A DNA stretch of 64,000 bases from an uncultured Candidatus Rokubacteria bacterium (GTDB lineage: Bacteria > Methylomirabilota > Methylomirabilia > Rokubacteriales > DASRDR01). Shown here piece by piece: positions 41,895-52,746 of this stretch. A model generated the notes under the pieces. That model did no database searches, was not told where the DNA came from, and saw nothing but the letters and a program-made list of their open reading frames with translations. The stretch lies in NCBI GenBank assembly GCA_963826115.1, contig CAWGVS010000010.1, forward strand, positions 541,444 to 605,443, given 5' to 3'. The number at the start of each line of letters is the position of its first letter. Position 1 is the first letter of the stretch. A program made the position numbers and the translations under genes.

Positions 41895-44800
41895 TCACCC
41901 GAGAACGGCACGCACTCGATGAGCCGCGCCGTCCGCAGTCAACGGGACGCTCGTGGTGCCCGGCATCAGGGCACGACCATCGACCTCGATCTGGGCGATG
42001 CCCCGCGACACCCCCCGCGGGTTCTCGATCGTAATCTCATAGCGCGACCCGTGGTAGCGGAACGTGATTGCGAATCGTCGCCACGCGCGCGGGATGCAGG
42101 GATCGAGGTGCAGCACCGCGCCACGGAGCCGGAACCCCAGAAGCCACTCCATCCCCGCGCGGTACATCCAGCCCGCTGAGCCCGTATACCACGTCCATCC
42201 TCCCCGGCCGACATGCGGGGACTCGGCATAGACGTCGGCGGCCGCCACATACGGCTCCACCTTGTATCTATGGACGCCGGCCCGCGTGCTCGCGCGGTTG
42301 ATCGGGTTCAGGATCGAGAAGAGCTCGTTGGCCTTGTCGCCGTCACCGAGTGCCGCGAACGCCATCACCGACCAGATCGCGGCATGGGTGTATTGGCCGC
42401 CGTTCTCGCGCACACCCGGGGGATAGCCCTTGATGTAGCCGGGGTCGACAGGCGCGCGATCGAACGGGGGCGTGAACAGGAGGACCAGCTCCTGGCCTCT
42501 TCGCACGAGATACTCCTCGACGGCCGCCATCGCGCGCGCCGCGCGCTTCGGATCGGCGGCGCCTGAGAGCACCCCCCACGACTGCGCGATGGAGTCGATG
42601 CGGCACTCCTCGTTGACGGCGGACCCGAGGGGGGTCCCGTCGTCGAAGAAGGCGCGACGATACCAATCCCCGTCCCACGCCTGCTCTTCGAGCGAGGTTT
42701 TCAGGAGGTCGACGTGGTCGCGCCACCTGCCGGCGCGCCCCCGTTCACCGCGGGCATCCGCCCACCGCGCGAATTCCCAGAGGGTCGTGTGCAGGAACCA
42801 TCCCAGCCACACGCTCTCGCCGTGTCCCTCGGGGCCGACGCGGTTCAGGCCGTCGTTCCAGTCCCCCGTACCGATCAGCGGCAGACCGTGCGCGCCGATG
42901 GCTAGACTCCGATCGAGCGCGCGAGCGCAGTGCTCGAACACGGTGCCGTGCTCGGCGGACACGGTGGGCTCGAAGTACGACTCGTGCTGTCCCGTCGCGA
43001 GGACGGGTCCTTCGAGGAAGGGGATGACCTCGTCAAGCACGCTGGCATCGCCCGTCGCCTCCAGATACTGCGTGACGGCGTAGGGCAACCAGATCGCGTC
43101 GTCGGAGATGCGGGTGCGCACCCCCCGGCCGGAGGGGGGATGCCACCAGTGCTGCACGTCGCCCTCCACGAACTGGCGCCCGGCGGCCCGGAGGAGATGC
43201 TCCCGCGCGACCTCCCGGTTCGCGACGGTCAGCGCCATGACGTCCTGGAGCTGGTCGCGAAATCCGTACGCGCCCCCGGCCTGATAGAAGGCCGATCGGG
43301 CCCAGACACGGCAGGCCAGCGTCTGGTAGAGAAGCCAGCGGTTGAGCATGATGTCCACGGAGCGGTCCGGCGTCTTGACCTGAATGGCGCCGACGATGTC
43401 ATCCCATCGGGTCTTCACGGCCTGCAGCGTCAGATCGAGGTCAGCCGCCCGGTAGCGGGTGAGCAGTTCGCGCGCCTCGGCGGCCGTCGCCGCCTCACCG
43501 AGGAAGAACACGATCTCCTCGCGCCCGCCGGGCGCCACCTCGATCACGGTCTGCAGGGCCGCGCAGGGGTCGAGTCCGGCGCCGACACGGCCGGACGGGC
43601 GGCTGCCTCGTTCCAGGAGCGCCGGGTGATCGAGTGTTCCGTTCCGACCCAGGACCTCCGTCCGGTCGCCGGTCCATGCGGTCTGACGACCCCCGAGATC
43701 GGCAAACGCCACGTGATCGCCGAAGTCGATGTTCCACGGGTTGCGTGCGAACAGCGCACCTGTGTCCGAATCGATCTCGGTGACGATGACGGGCGCGGAC
43801 GCGCTTCGCGAGACTCCCAGGACCCATTCGGCGTACGCGGTGACCGACAGACGCCGGGACCTACCGGATCGGTTCTCGATCGTCAGCCGAGAGATCTTCA
43901 CCGGGTCGTTCACCGGCACGAATTGGAGCAGGCTCAGGAAGATGCCATGGGACGTGTGCTCGAAGCGGCTGTAGCCCTGGCCATGCCGGGCGACGTAGGG
44001 CGACGCGTCCTCCCGGATGGGAAGGGGGGTCGGACCCCACAGGTCACCGGTCTCTTCGTCCCGGACATAGATGGTCTCACCGGGTGGGTCGCTGACGGGA
44101 TCGTTGGACCACGCCGTCAGTTGGTTCTCCCGGCTGTTGCGCGACCACGTGTAGCCGGCCCCGGACTCGGAGACCTGGAAGCCAAAGGCGGGATTCGCGA
44201 CGACGTTGACCCACGGCGCGGGCGTCCATTGGCCCTCCCCGAGGACGGTGACGTACTCCCGCCCGTCGTCGACGAACCCCCCCAAGCCGTTGAAGAACTC
44301 GAACTCAGGGCGGGCCGGCGGCGCGTCGGCGGGGGACGGGGCTCGGGCCGGGCGGCGGCGAGGCGGGGCGGCCGGGCTCGGGGCGGCCGTGGCGCGTGAG
44401 AGCTGCTCCGCGAGCGTGCCGTGCCGACTCAGGAGGATGGCTCGCGCGGCGGTCTGCAGGGCATCGCGCTCGGGCGCCTTGAGCAGATCCTTCCGTAGGA
44501 TGAAGACCTTCCCGTGTGTCTCGTGCCGCTCGCGACGCGATGCCGACTGGCTCGTCCGGACCAGCGCCTCGAGCGAGGCCTGGAGTTCCTCCGTGTACGA
44601 GTGCCCTCGCTCGTTCAGAATGACGAGATCGACCCCTAACCCCTTCAGGCGCCAGTACTCGTGCGCGCGAAGGAGCTGCCGGACGATGCCTCGGTCCTCT
44701 GGCTCGTCGATGCGGACCAGGACGATCGGTAGGTCGCCGGAGATCCCGTGGGCCCACAGGGCCGTGGGCCCGGACTCGTTCTGCCGCAGCACCACCGCCG

Positions 44801-47800
44801 TTGGCCGAAGCGTCGCGTCCGCATAGAGAATCCGGCCCGCAAGATCCTGGAACAGGCGGGCCTCGTCCACGCCAACCCCGAGATGGTTGAGCTGGACCTG
44901 CGCCCGCGTCCAGGCGAGCGTGACCGTCCGCTCGAACGTCGCGGGGTCGCGATACTTGTCCGCGAGCGCCACGGCGGCCTCCCGCGACGGGGCCACGAGC
45001 GTGGAGAAGACGAGACGTGCGCTTTCTCCCGGCGCAAGGCGCACTCGCCGCCTGAGGCTGAAGATTGGATCGAGCACCGAGCCGGTCGTGTTCGACAGGG
45101 GCCTCCCGTCGATGACCGACATCGGCGTGCGGATCCCACGACCCCGGCCGAGGAATCGCCCGCGGTCGGTCTCGTACTGAGCCCCACCGGACTGGCCCTC
45201 GACGACGACGGTGTGCGCCGCCCAGATCGGGGGGTCCGTCGCCGCCCGGGCACGCCGGGTCGCCAGCAGAGCCCCGAGATCGGCGACCCATTCCGTCTGG
45301 ACGAAGAGGTTGGAAAAGGCCTGATGCGCCGCATCCGCGGCCGGCTGCGCCAGCACGAGCTCGGCGTAGGAGGTCAGCTCGATCTCTCGCGTCTGCCCCC
45401 CCAGGTTCATGACGGACACCCGCCGCAGCTCGGCGTCGTCCTCCGGCGAGACCAGCACCTCTAGCGTGGTCGTGATCGCGCCATCGCGCCGGTACAACTC
45501 GGCCCGGTCCTCCGCGAAGGTCACGCGATAGTCGTCCGGCTCGACGCCGGTAGGCTGATACCCCGCCGACCAGACCGCCCCGCTCTGGACATCCCGCAGG
45601 AAGAGATAGGTCCCCCAGTGATCCCGGGTGACATCCTCCCGCCATCGGGTGACGGCGAGCTCCGCGCACCGGCTGTAGCCCGACCCCGCGGTCGTCAGCA
45701 TCACCGTGTACCGGCCGTTGGAGAGCAGGTGCGTCCGCGGCGTCGGGTCGTGCGGAGACGCGAACTGACGGAAGGACGGCTCCACGAATTCCCGCACGTG
45801 GGCCGGCGCCTGCACCTCCTCCGCCCGCGGTCTCGCCACCGCCACGTCCCGGGGCACCCGCTCCTGCAAGAGAAGCTCGGTGGCCTGGATGATGGGCTCC
45901 CCGTGAAACCGCGCGCGCATCACCCCGTCTCGGAGCACATTCGCCAGCGCGATGACGGTCATGCCCTGATGGTGCGCCATGTAGGCGCGAACGATCGCCA
46001 CGGTCGCCCCGGTCGGGAGCCGGGACGGCGTGTAGTCCAGAGCCTCGTAGAAGCCGTAAGATCCCCTCCCGCCCACCGCGATGAGGCGCGTGAAGTTGCG
46101 GGCGGCGGCGCCCGGGTCGACCATGGCGGCCAAGGCGGTCGCATAGGGCGCGACGACCAAGTCCTCGCTGAGCCCCCGCTCGAGGCCCAGACCCGGAACC
46201 CCGAAGTTCGAATACTGATAAGTGAGGTCGAGATCGCGCACGTTGTACGCCGATTCGGAGATGCCCCACGGAATTCCGTGCTCCGCACCGTATCCAATCT
46301 GACGCTGGACGACGAGGCGATACGTCCGCTGGAGCAAGCTCCCCGGCGGTGCCTGCATGACGAGGGCCGGCATCAGGTACTCGAACATCGAGCCGGACCA
46401 GGACACCAGCGCCGCCCCGAGCCCGACGGGCGTCATCGGGCGGCTCAGGTGGAACCAGTGCGACGTGGGCGCCGCGCCATTGGCAATCGCGATGAAGCTT
46501 GCGAGCCGCGCTTCGGAGGCGAGGAGATCGTAGGCGCTCGGATCGAGCCCCCCCTCCGTGACGCGATAGCCGATCGAGAAGATCTTGCGCGCAGAGTGGA
46601 AGAGGAAGCCAAACTCCATCGCATCGAAGAGCTGCTTCGTGACGCGGGCGACGGCGGAGAGGCGCTCGACGAGCGCTCGTGCCGCCACGGCGGCCCCCTC
46701 CAGCTGCCCGATGAGCTCGTGGACCCGCTCGACTCGCTCCAGTCGATCAGACCCGGCGCGCGGGTCACCGTCCAGCATGGCCGTGAGCTCGCTGACCGAA
46801 CTCTCGCAGACGTCGGCCAGCTCGGCCAGGGTCGGAAACGAGGAGCAGAGGGCGCTGCTCGCGATCACGGCCTCCCTGGGCGCCTGGGGGAGGTCGGCGA
46901 CGAGGGCCTCGAGGCGGGATGCCCACGGCATCAGCCGATCGAGGTCGCGCCCGTGACTCGCGATGGTCGCACGCGCCGCCTGGGCCCAGACGAGGACGTC
47001 CGAGCCCTCGCTATCGCCACGCTCCGCCGTCAATGTGCGCGCGATGTCCACCAGGGCATCGGCCTGGCCAGCGAGCTGACCCACGCGGACGAGCCAGTCG
47101 GCCGCCGTTTGGGGTCGGTCGCGAAGCATCAGGGCCAGAGCCTCGCAAGCGTGGTCCAGATGGCCGAGCCTGACGGTTTGCGTGCGCCGGTCATCCACGA
47201 GGGCACTCGCCGCCTCGCGCACGAGCAAGACGGCATCCTCCATTCCGGCAAAGGCCTCCTGGTCGAGCAGCGGGCGCGCGAGCGCGCCGCGACAGGCATT
47301 CCCCAGAACGAGGAGCTGGCTCGCCAGATTCCCGCTGTCCACCGTGGACACGTAGCGGGGCTCCAGCGGGCGAAGATCCGTCGTTTCATACCAGTTGTAG
47401 AAATGGCCCCGGAAGCGCTCGAGTCGGCCCATCGTCGCGATCGTCGCCTCGACTCGCTCGACGGCCTCCAGCATCCCGAGCCAGCCGAGGTCACGCGCGG
47501 CGACGATCGCCCCGAGATACAGCCCGATGTTGGTCGGTGACGTGCGGTGCGCGAGAACCGGCGCCGGGTCTTCCTGGAAGTTGTCGGGCGGCAGGAAGGT
47601 ATCGCCGGGGCCGACGAAAGCCTCGAAGAACCGCCACGTGCGGCGGGCGGTCGAGCGGAGGAGTCTCGCATCCGAGGCCGACAACCTCTGCGCCGGGTCG
47701 GCGCTCGGGGGCCGGCTGACCCATCGCGCGATGAGCGGCGAGAGGGCCCACACCAGGAGGAACGGCGCGGCGATCGGCCAGCTGGCTGGCCGAACGAGAA

Positions 47801-50702
47801 CGACCAGCAGCCCGGCCACAGCGGCCAGGATCGGCGCCCCGCGCATTCGCCGATAGGCGCCGGCCAGCGTGAGAGACAGTCCCGTCTTGGCCTGCGCGGC
47901 CGTCATCCATTCAAGCAGCCGTCGATGGGTCCCGTACACGCGGATCAGAGTTCGGCTGATCGCGTCGCTCATGAGCCAGGCCTGATGCGCCATGAAGGTG
48001 ATCCAGAGCGCGATCTGGGAGGCGGCCAGCGCGAAGCTCCGTCCGACGGCGCGGATGTGGGTCCGCTTGGAGATGCCTGCCCGCCTCGGGATCACCTCGG
48101 CGAACGGCGGCAGGAGCGCGGGCACCGCAATCGTGACGAGGACGAACGCCGTCCACACGAGCGGCAGGCGGTCTTGAAGCATCCAGCCGGCGGCAAGCGT
48201 CAGCCAGGCGGCCGGCGCCGACAGGGTGCGGCGGAGATTGTCCACCATCTTCCACTGATCGATGGGCGGGATGGAGCTTCGGTGCGCCCCGATACCGGCG
48301 GCCCCGCGGAGGATCCAGGGCAGCAGTTGCCAGTCTCCGCGCGCCCACCGATGCTGCCGCGCCGCAGCGACCTCGTAGTCCGTCGGGAACTCCTCGAACA
48401 GCTCGATGTCCGTGACCAGTCCCGTCCGCGCGAAGATCCCCTCGAACAGGTCGTGGCTGAGGAGGGCATTCTCGGGGACGCGGCCCTCCAAGGCCCCGGC
48501 AAATGCCTCGACGTCATAGATGCCCTTACCGGTGTACGAGCCCCCGCCGAAGAGATCCTGGTAGACGTCCGAGGTCGCCGCCGCATAGGGATCGATGCCC
48601 GCCGGCCCCGCAGTGAGCCGCTGGAAGAGGGACGTGTCGCGATCGGCGGGCATCGTGGGCGTGACGCGCGGCTGAAGCACCGCATAGCCGTCGACGACCC
48701 GGGCCTCGCGCGCCTCGAAGACAGGCCGGTTGAGCGGATGGGCCATCGTCCCGACGAGGCGGATGGCGGCACCCCGGGGCAGGCGCGTGTCCGCGTCGAG
48801 GGTGATCACGTACCGGACCGCCGGCGGCACGTCCAGGTGCGACCCCACGAACGTCGTGTCGCCGCGCCCCAGGAGCAGCTGGTTGAGCTCCTGCAGCTTG
48901 CCGCGCTTGCGCTCCCATCCCATCCACTGGGCTTCGCTGCCATTCCAGACCCGTCGGCGGTGGAGCAGGAGGAACCGCGCCCCAGCGTCGGGAACAGGAC
49001 CATGGCGCCGATTGAGCCGAGCGATCCGCTCGCTGGCGGCCTCGAGGAGTCGACCATCCGCCGGCATGGTTTCCGCCGGTGCGTCGATCCAGTCGGACAG
49101 GAGCGCGAAGTGAATGGCGCCCTCCAGATTGGCCAGATAGTGGAGCTCCAGGCGATTGACCTGCTCCTCGATCTCGTCGTCGCTCACCAGTAAGGTCGGC
49201 ATCACCACGAGGGTTCGCAGCGTCGTCGGGATGCCCGCGGCGAGCTCGAGGCGCGGCAGCACCCGGGGGCCGAGCAGCTCCGTCACGACGCGATTGATAA
49301 GCGCGACGGCAAGATCGGACGCCGGGATCAAGGCGGCGAGCCCGAGAAGGACGAGCACGACCGGGCTCACGCCCGCGGCATGGGTGGTGACGAGAGGAAC
49401 CATCACGAGCAATCCCGCGATGACGCCGATGGTGCCCAGGTAGCCTGGCGTGGCTCCGCCGACGTAGGCTCGCAGCAGCCACTGCGTGAGGGGGACCCGG
49501 TAGCCGATCTCCCGTTCGAAGCCGCGCCGCCCCTTCGAGATCAGATAGTAGCCAGGATCCTCGACTCGGGATTCCGCCGGGGCGCCCGCCGGCTCCCGCT
49601 CCGACGCGGCGCGGTTCACTCGAGCGATCGCCTCCTGGGCGACGGCGAGGTCCGTCCGCCGGGACCCTCGCGCGAGGTCCTCGATCGCGTGACGGTACCG
49701 GTCGCGCGTCTTGAAGTCCATCGCGCCGAAGTTGCTCCCGGCGCGCAGCGCGGCATCCACCAGGCTGACGCTCTCGAAGAACTCCGCCCAGTCGAACGTC
49801 GACATCGCCCGCATGCTGGTAATCACGTTGCGGACCGTGACGTTCATCGCCGCCTGGCGCTGGTGCTCCTGCTGCACGAGCTCCTCGGGCGACGTCCCCA
49901 GCCCGGACAGCTGTTCGCTGAGCCATGCCAGCGCCGGTGTCGACTTCGGATCCTGTTCCCGTAGGCGTTGGACGAGCTGCACGGTGAAGGCCATCGGCAT
50001 GGCAGCGGCCTCGAGCCGCCGAAAGGCCAGACGGCGCGCCGGCTTCCCGCCGAGTCCCAGCAGCTCGTTCGCGAGCGCGTCCGCATCACGGCGCGCCGCG
50101 CGCTCGTTGACGATCTGCTCAGCCAGGCGCCGGAGGTTCTCGAGGAGTACCAGACGCAGGGCGATCGGGACGGCCCACAGCTCACCGATGGTCAGCACCT
50201 GGACCCGCTGGAATCGCTGGACGAAGCGCTGGAGGGTCTCGCCCTCGAAGCGGCTGTCGGTGTGGGCGACGAAGGGCCAGGCCAGGCCCAGTACCCGAGG
50301 GTAGCCCTCGAGGGGCCCCTCCGCGAGCTTCGGCAGCCGGCGGTAGAAGCCTGGTGGCAGGTCCTCCCGGACCTCCCGAAGGACGTCCTCCACGATGTGG
50401 AAGTTGTCGACGAACCATTCCGCGGCCGGGGTGATCGCGCCTTCCTCTCGGATCACGGTGGCGAGTTCGCGATAGCATTGGAGTAGCACGCGGCCGCTGT
50501 CTCGCACGTGTGGTGAGAGGGGGCGTCCGCTCCGACCCTCGGTGAGGACACGCTGGTCGGCCACGCTTTCCGCGTACTGCTCGAGTCGCTCGGCGCTAAA
50601 GAGCTCTGCCCGGATGGCCTCTTGAGAGTGAGGCAGAGATCCCGACGAGAACACACCCGATCCCAAGTCTCGGAACAGCCTGCTGGATCTCAGCCCCGGC
50701 AC
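41895..50702 (-). CDS. ndvB: Cyclic beta-1,2-glucan synthase (GT84 plus GH94-like domains); start approximate
   Basis: IRAELFS, WERKRGKL, LSHDLFEG, WARGDWQL, SWSGSMFEYLMP, YQAGGAYGFRDQLQD, GDWNDG, RENGGQYTH. Confidence 0.95.
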   Translation of the reverse strand: MPGLRSSRLFRDLGSGVFSSGSLPHSQEAIRAELFSAERLEQYAESVADQRVLTEGRSGRPLSPHVRDSGRVLLQCYRELATVIREEGAITPAAEWFVDNFHIVEDVLREVREDLPPGFYRRLPKLAEGPLEGYPRVLGLAWPFVAHTDSRFEGETLQRFVQRFQRVQVLTIGELWAVPIALRLVLLENLRRLAEQIVNERAARRDADALANELLGLGGKPARRLAFRRLEAAAMPMAFTVQLVQRLREQDPKSTPALAWLSEQLSGLGTSPEELVQQEHQRQAAMNVTVRNVITSMRAMSTFDWAEFFESVSLVDAALRAGSNFGAMDFKTRDRYRHAIEDLARGSRRTDLAVAQEAIARVNRAASEREPAGAPAESRVEDPGYYLISKGRRGFEREIGYRVPLTQWLLRAYVGGATPGYLGTIGVIAGLLVMVPLVTTHAAGVSPVVLVLLGLAALIPASDLAVALINRVVTELLGPRVLPRLELAAGIPTTLRTLVVMPTLLVSDDEIEEQVNRLELHYLANLEGAIHFALLSDWIDAPAETMPADGRLLEAASERIARLNRRHGPVPDAGARFLLLHRRRVWNGSEAQWMGWERKRGKLQELNQLLLGRGDTTFVGSHLDVPPAVRYVITLDADTRLPRGAAIRLVGTMAHPLNRPVFEAREARVVDGYAVLQPRVTPTMPADRDTSLFQRLTAGPAGIDPYAAATSDVYQDLFGGGSYTGKGIYDVEAFAGALEGRVPENALLSHDLFEGIFARTGLVTDIELFEEFPTDYEVAAARQHRWARGDWQLLPWILRGAAGIGAHRSSIPPIDQWKMVDNLRRTLSAPAAWLTLAAGWMLQDRLPLVWTAFVLVTIAVPALLPPFAEVIPRRAGISKRTHIRAVGRSFALAASQIALWITFMAHQAWLMSDAISRTLIRVYGTHRRLLEWMTAAQAKTGLSLTLAGAYRRMRGAPILAAVAGLLVVLVRPASWPIAAPFLLVWALSPLIARWVSRPPSADPAQRLSASDARLLRSTARRTWRFFEAFVGPGDTFLPPDNFQEDPAPVLAHRTSPTNIGLYLGAIVAARDLGWLGMLEAVERVEATIATMGRLERFRGHFYNWYETTDLRPLEPRYVSTVDSGNLASQLLVLGNACRGALARPLLDQEAFAGMEDAVLLVREAASALVDDRRTQTVRLGHLDHACEALALMLRDRPQTAADWLVRVGQLAGQADALVDIARTLTAERGDSEGSDVLVWAQAARATIASHGRDLDRLMPWASRLEALVADLPQAPREAVIASSALCSSFPTLAELADVCESSVSELTAMLDGDPRAGSDRLERVERVHELIGQLEGAAVAARALVERLSAVARVTKQLFDAMEFGFLFHSARKIFSIGYRVTEGGLDPSAYDLLASEARLASFIAIANGAAPTSHWFHLSRPMTPVGLGAALVSWSGSMFEYLMPALVMQAPPGSLLQRTYRLVVQRQIGYGAEHGIPWGISESAYNVRDLDLTYQYSNFGVPGLGLERGLSEDLVVAPYATALAAMVDPGAAARNFTRLIAVGGRGSYGFYEALDYTPSRLPTGATVAIVRAYMAHHQGMTVIALANVLRDGVMRARFHGEPIIQATELLLQERVPRDVAVARPRAEEVQAPAHVREFVEPSFRQFASPHDPTPRTHLLSNGRYTVMLTTAGSGYSRCAELAVTRWREDVTRDHWGTYLFLRDVQSGAVWSAGYQPTGVEPDDYRVTFAEDRAELYRRDGAITTTLEVLVSPEDDAELRRVSVMNLGGQTREIELTSYAELVLAQPAADAAHQAFSNLFVQTEWVADLGALLATRRARAATDPPIWAAHTVVVEGQSGGAQYETDRGRFLGRGRGIRTPMSVIDGRPLSNTTGSVLDPIFSLRRRVRLAPGESARLVFSTLVAPSREAAVALADKYRDPATFERTVTLAWTRAQVQLNHLGVGVDEARLFQDLAGRILYADATLRPTAVVLRQNESGPTALWAHGISGDLPIVLVRIDEPEDRGIVRQLLRAHEYWRLKGLGVDLVILNERGHSYTEELQASLEALVRTSQSASRRERHETHGKVFILRKDLLKAPERDALQTAARAILLSRHGTLAEQLSRATAAPSPAAPPRRRPARAPSPADAPPARPEFEFFNGLGGFVDDGREYVTVLGEGQWTPAPWVNVVANPAFGFQVSESGAGYTWSRNSRENQLTAWSNDPVSDPPGETIYVRDEETGDLWGPTPLPIREDASPYVARHGQGYSRFEHTSHGIFLSLLQFVPVNDPVKISRLTIENRSGRSRRLSVTAYAEWVLGVSRSASAPVIVTEIDSDTGALFARNPWNIDFGDHVAFADLGGRQTAWTGDRTEVLGRNGTLDHPALLERGSRPSGRVGAGLDPCAALQTVIEVAPGGREEIVFFLGEAATAAEARELLTRYRAADLDLTLQAVKTRWDDIVGAIQVKTPDRSVDIMLNRWLLYQTLACRVWARSAFYQAGGAYGFRDQLQDVMALTVANREVAREHLLRAAGRQFVEGDVQHWWHPPSGRGVRTRISDDAIWLPYAVTQYLEATGDASVLDEVIPFLEGPVLATGQHESYFEPTVSAEHGTVFEHCARALDRSLAIGAHGLPLIGTGDWNDGLNRVGPEGHGESVWLGWFLHTTLWEFARWADARGERGRAGRWRDHVDLLKTSLEEQAWDGDWYRRAFFDDGTPLGSAVNEECRIDSIAQSWGVLSGAADPKRAARAMAAVEEYLVRRGQELVLLFTPPFDRAPVDPGYIKGYPPGVRENGGQYTHAAIWSVMAFAALGDGDKANELFSILNPINRASTRAGVHRYKVEPYVAAADVYAESPHVGRGGWTWYTGSAGWMYRAGMEWLLGFRLRGAVLHLDPCIPRAWRRFAITFRYHGSRYEITIENPRGVSRGIAQIEVDGRALMPGTTSVPLTADGAAHRVRAVLG

Positions 50703-51010
50703 GTGGGTGACCCTTCGGACCCGGCGCGGATGGGTGGGCACCGAGCCGAAGGCCTTGTGAGCCCGTGGGTAACTCTGGGCGACTCGTCGGTCGCCTCGGT
50801 CCATGGCCCCTCGGTGCCCAGTGCCCAACTCAAGAGGGGGGTGCTCTCGCTCAAGCGTCGATTCCCTTGGATCAGAAGTAGCCACATTGTCGCCGCCGCA
50901 ACAGCGAGCAACACGAAGATCACACGCAACGGGGCCCGCGTCTGTGACCATGACGTCCCCGCCACGCCCGCCGTGGCGGGGCCCGCGGGCTCTTTCGTAT
51001 CGTTCACCAC
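50690..51010 (-). CDS. Hypothetical single-TM protein
   Basis: Hydrophobic LRVIFVLLAVAAATMWLLLI; packed between neighbours on the same strand. Confidence 0.4.
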   Translation of the reverse strand: MVNDTKEPAGPATAGVAGTSWSQTRAPLRVIFVLLAVAAATMWLLLIQGNRRLSESTPLLSWALGTEGPWTEATDESPRVTHGLTRPSARCPPIRAGSEGSPTCRG

Positions 51011-51041
51011 CGAGCTCGAAGCAAGCCGGCCCGCGCGGCCG

Positions 51042-51232
51042 CTACTTCTTCAGTGTGTCGACGGCGTGGTCGATCCGCTCGCCCGCCGTCTCGAGTGGTC
51101 CCTTCCCGCTCAACTTGTCCAGAGCCTTGTCGAGCTTCTCACCCACCTCTCGGCCGGCCCTTTCTCGCACCCCACCAAGACGCCACTCCCCAACAACCCG
51201 AGGACGACGATGCCGACGACGAACTGGTTCAT
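51042..51232 (-). pseudogene. Small lipoprotein (CEKGPAE...GEKLDKA repeat) with one-base deletion near 51147
   Basis: Lipobox LVGC; shifted frame continues VGEKLDKALDKLSGKGPLETAGERIDHAVDTLKK-stop. Confidence 0.75.
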
Positions 51233-51346
51233 CACGCTTCTCCTGTCCATCACAACCGCAAGCGTGTGGTCAGCCACCGGCCTTCCCGATGTGACTCGTT
51301 CGAGACCATGCCGCACCGGCGGCGCCTTGTCGGGACCGTCGGCCGC

Positions 51347-51808
51347 TCAACGCGGGCCGCATTGGAACGTCACGGTCTTGGTTCCATCGGAATTGGTCGC
51401 GATGCTCGATGTCATCGGCTGCGAGCTGTACTTCGGGCAGGAGGCGCTCGCGGTTTGTGATGCCTGCACCAGCTCCTGATCCGTCCGGTAGCTGTAGCTC
51501 TGGCTGGGAGGGGTCGGCGCGGGCGCGGGAAGTGTCGTCCGCACGCATTCAAAGAGCACGGCTTTGCTCCCGTCGGCATTGGTCGTGATGCTGGAGGTGC
51601 GCGGGATCGTCTGATACGGACTGCAGAACGTCGTCGCGTTCTGGTTCGCCTGAAGCAGTTCTTGGTCAGTCCGATAGTTGTAGGTCACGCTCGGGTTGCT
51701 CGACTGCACGGGCTGTTGCGACGTGGGAAAGCTTGTACAGGAGGCAAGGGCCCCGGCCGCCAATAGAGCGACTGCCGACACGTTCACCCATCGAGCGATC
51801 ATGGCCAT
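51347..51808 (-). CDS. Lipoprotein with two internal Cys-containing repeats
   Basis: Lipobox LASC; YRTDQEL.QA.Q.A...C..Y...SSI.TN.DG.K.V.F.C occurs twice. Confidence 0.82.
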   Translation of the reverse strand: MAMIARWVNVSAVALLAAGALASCTSFPTSQQPVQSSNPSVTYNYRTDQELLQANQNATTFCSPYQTIPRTSSITTNADGSKAVLFECVRTTLPAPAPTPPSQSYSYRTDQELVQASQTASASCPKYSSQPMTSSIATNSDGTKTVTFQCGPR

Positions 51809-51923
51809 CTGAAACCCTCTTTCACGTTCGCGGTGGTAGACACCCATCTGTAGTGACCCGATGTGTTTCCTGCGTCCTTTCCCGGGACTTGGGAACTACT
51901 AGGCGCGTCCCGGATTTCAAGAC

Positions 51924-51960
51924 TGTATTAGTATAATAGTACAGTAGTACGAGATGTCAA
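51924..51960 (-). promoter_or_regulatory. sigma70 promoter overlapped by YtrA-type operator copy 3
   Basis: Minus strand TTGACA-N16-TATTAT; TGTATTA-GTATAA-TAGTACA-GTA at 51924-51946. Confidence 0.75.
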
Positions 51961-52135
51961 GAGGCAAGGAGTCGCAGGGTGGCATGAGCTGTAAATGCTC
52001 GGGCCGCTGCTCGTCGCGGGCATGTTCGACGCCGGAGAAATCCTGTCGATTCTCTTCGGCGTGGAGACCGTCACCAAGGCCCCGGTGAAGCGGACGCTGA
52101 AGATGGAGTTCAGTGTCCCCACGGTGCGGCCGGGC

Positions 52136-52173
52136 CTCCCTAGTAAAGGTAGCCAGTCCCGTCGGGGACACCA
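52136..52173 (+). repeat. att-like site copy 1 ending in a tRNA-Glu-type 3' end
   Basis: CTCCCTAGTAAAGGTAGCCAGT-CCCGTCGGGGACACCA; 35/38 identical to 55013-55050. Confidence 0.8.
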
Positions 52174-52296
52174 GCTGCTATGTATGTTTCACCCAGCGGC
52201 GCGCCGGCATCACCCTTCGCCGAGAAGCGATAGTAACGGGCCCGGCCCGGGCCGTAGGGCGTCCAGGTGATGTGCTGTACGAAAGCGCACAACACG
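52140..52296 (-). pseudogene. Putative C-terminal remnant of a large serine recombinase running into the att core
   Basis: VLCAFVQHITWTPYGPGRARYYRFSAKGDAGAPLGETYIAAGVPDGTGYLY-stop; family resemblance by eye only. Confidence 0.5.
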
Positions 52297-52746
52297 TCCG
52301 GCGAGGGCCAGGGCGGAGACCATTGCGACTCGCGTCATTATTCGACTCTCGGCCGCCTCAGGGGGTGTAAGCGTCCCTGGCGACCGATGTCCAACGCACG
52401 AAGGCGCACACTGGGAAGACGCCGGCACGGGATCACCCGGCGCGATCGGTAGCGGCGACGCCCGCTCCGGTGGCGAACGAGAACGGTCCATCTGCCGGGC
52501 AAGCGAGGCCTTGTGTTGGTGGCTCAGCCAACGCGGGGTCCACTTGCCGGCGGAGCCAGGATGGAGAGCGGGAAGATACCAGCGCCGCGGCAGATGTCGT
52601 GAAGCCGCGATTCGATTTTAGGTTCGACGAGGCCGTTTCCATGCAGCGTCGCCGACGGGTCCGAGCGCGGGCGCGGAAAGGGTAGCGGATTTTCAATGCG
52701 GTAGCGTGGGGCAAGAGGCCCATCGATGCCTATGTTTTCGACGCTC

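Noticed and set aside
50703-50951. N-terminal extension of ndvB given by the ORF track
   Set aside because: Low-complexity translation before the conserved IRAELFS region, overlapping a plausible small membrane ORF; start placed near 50702
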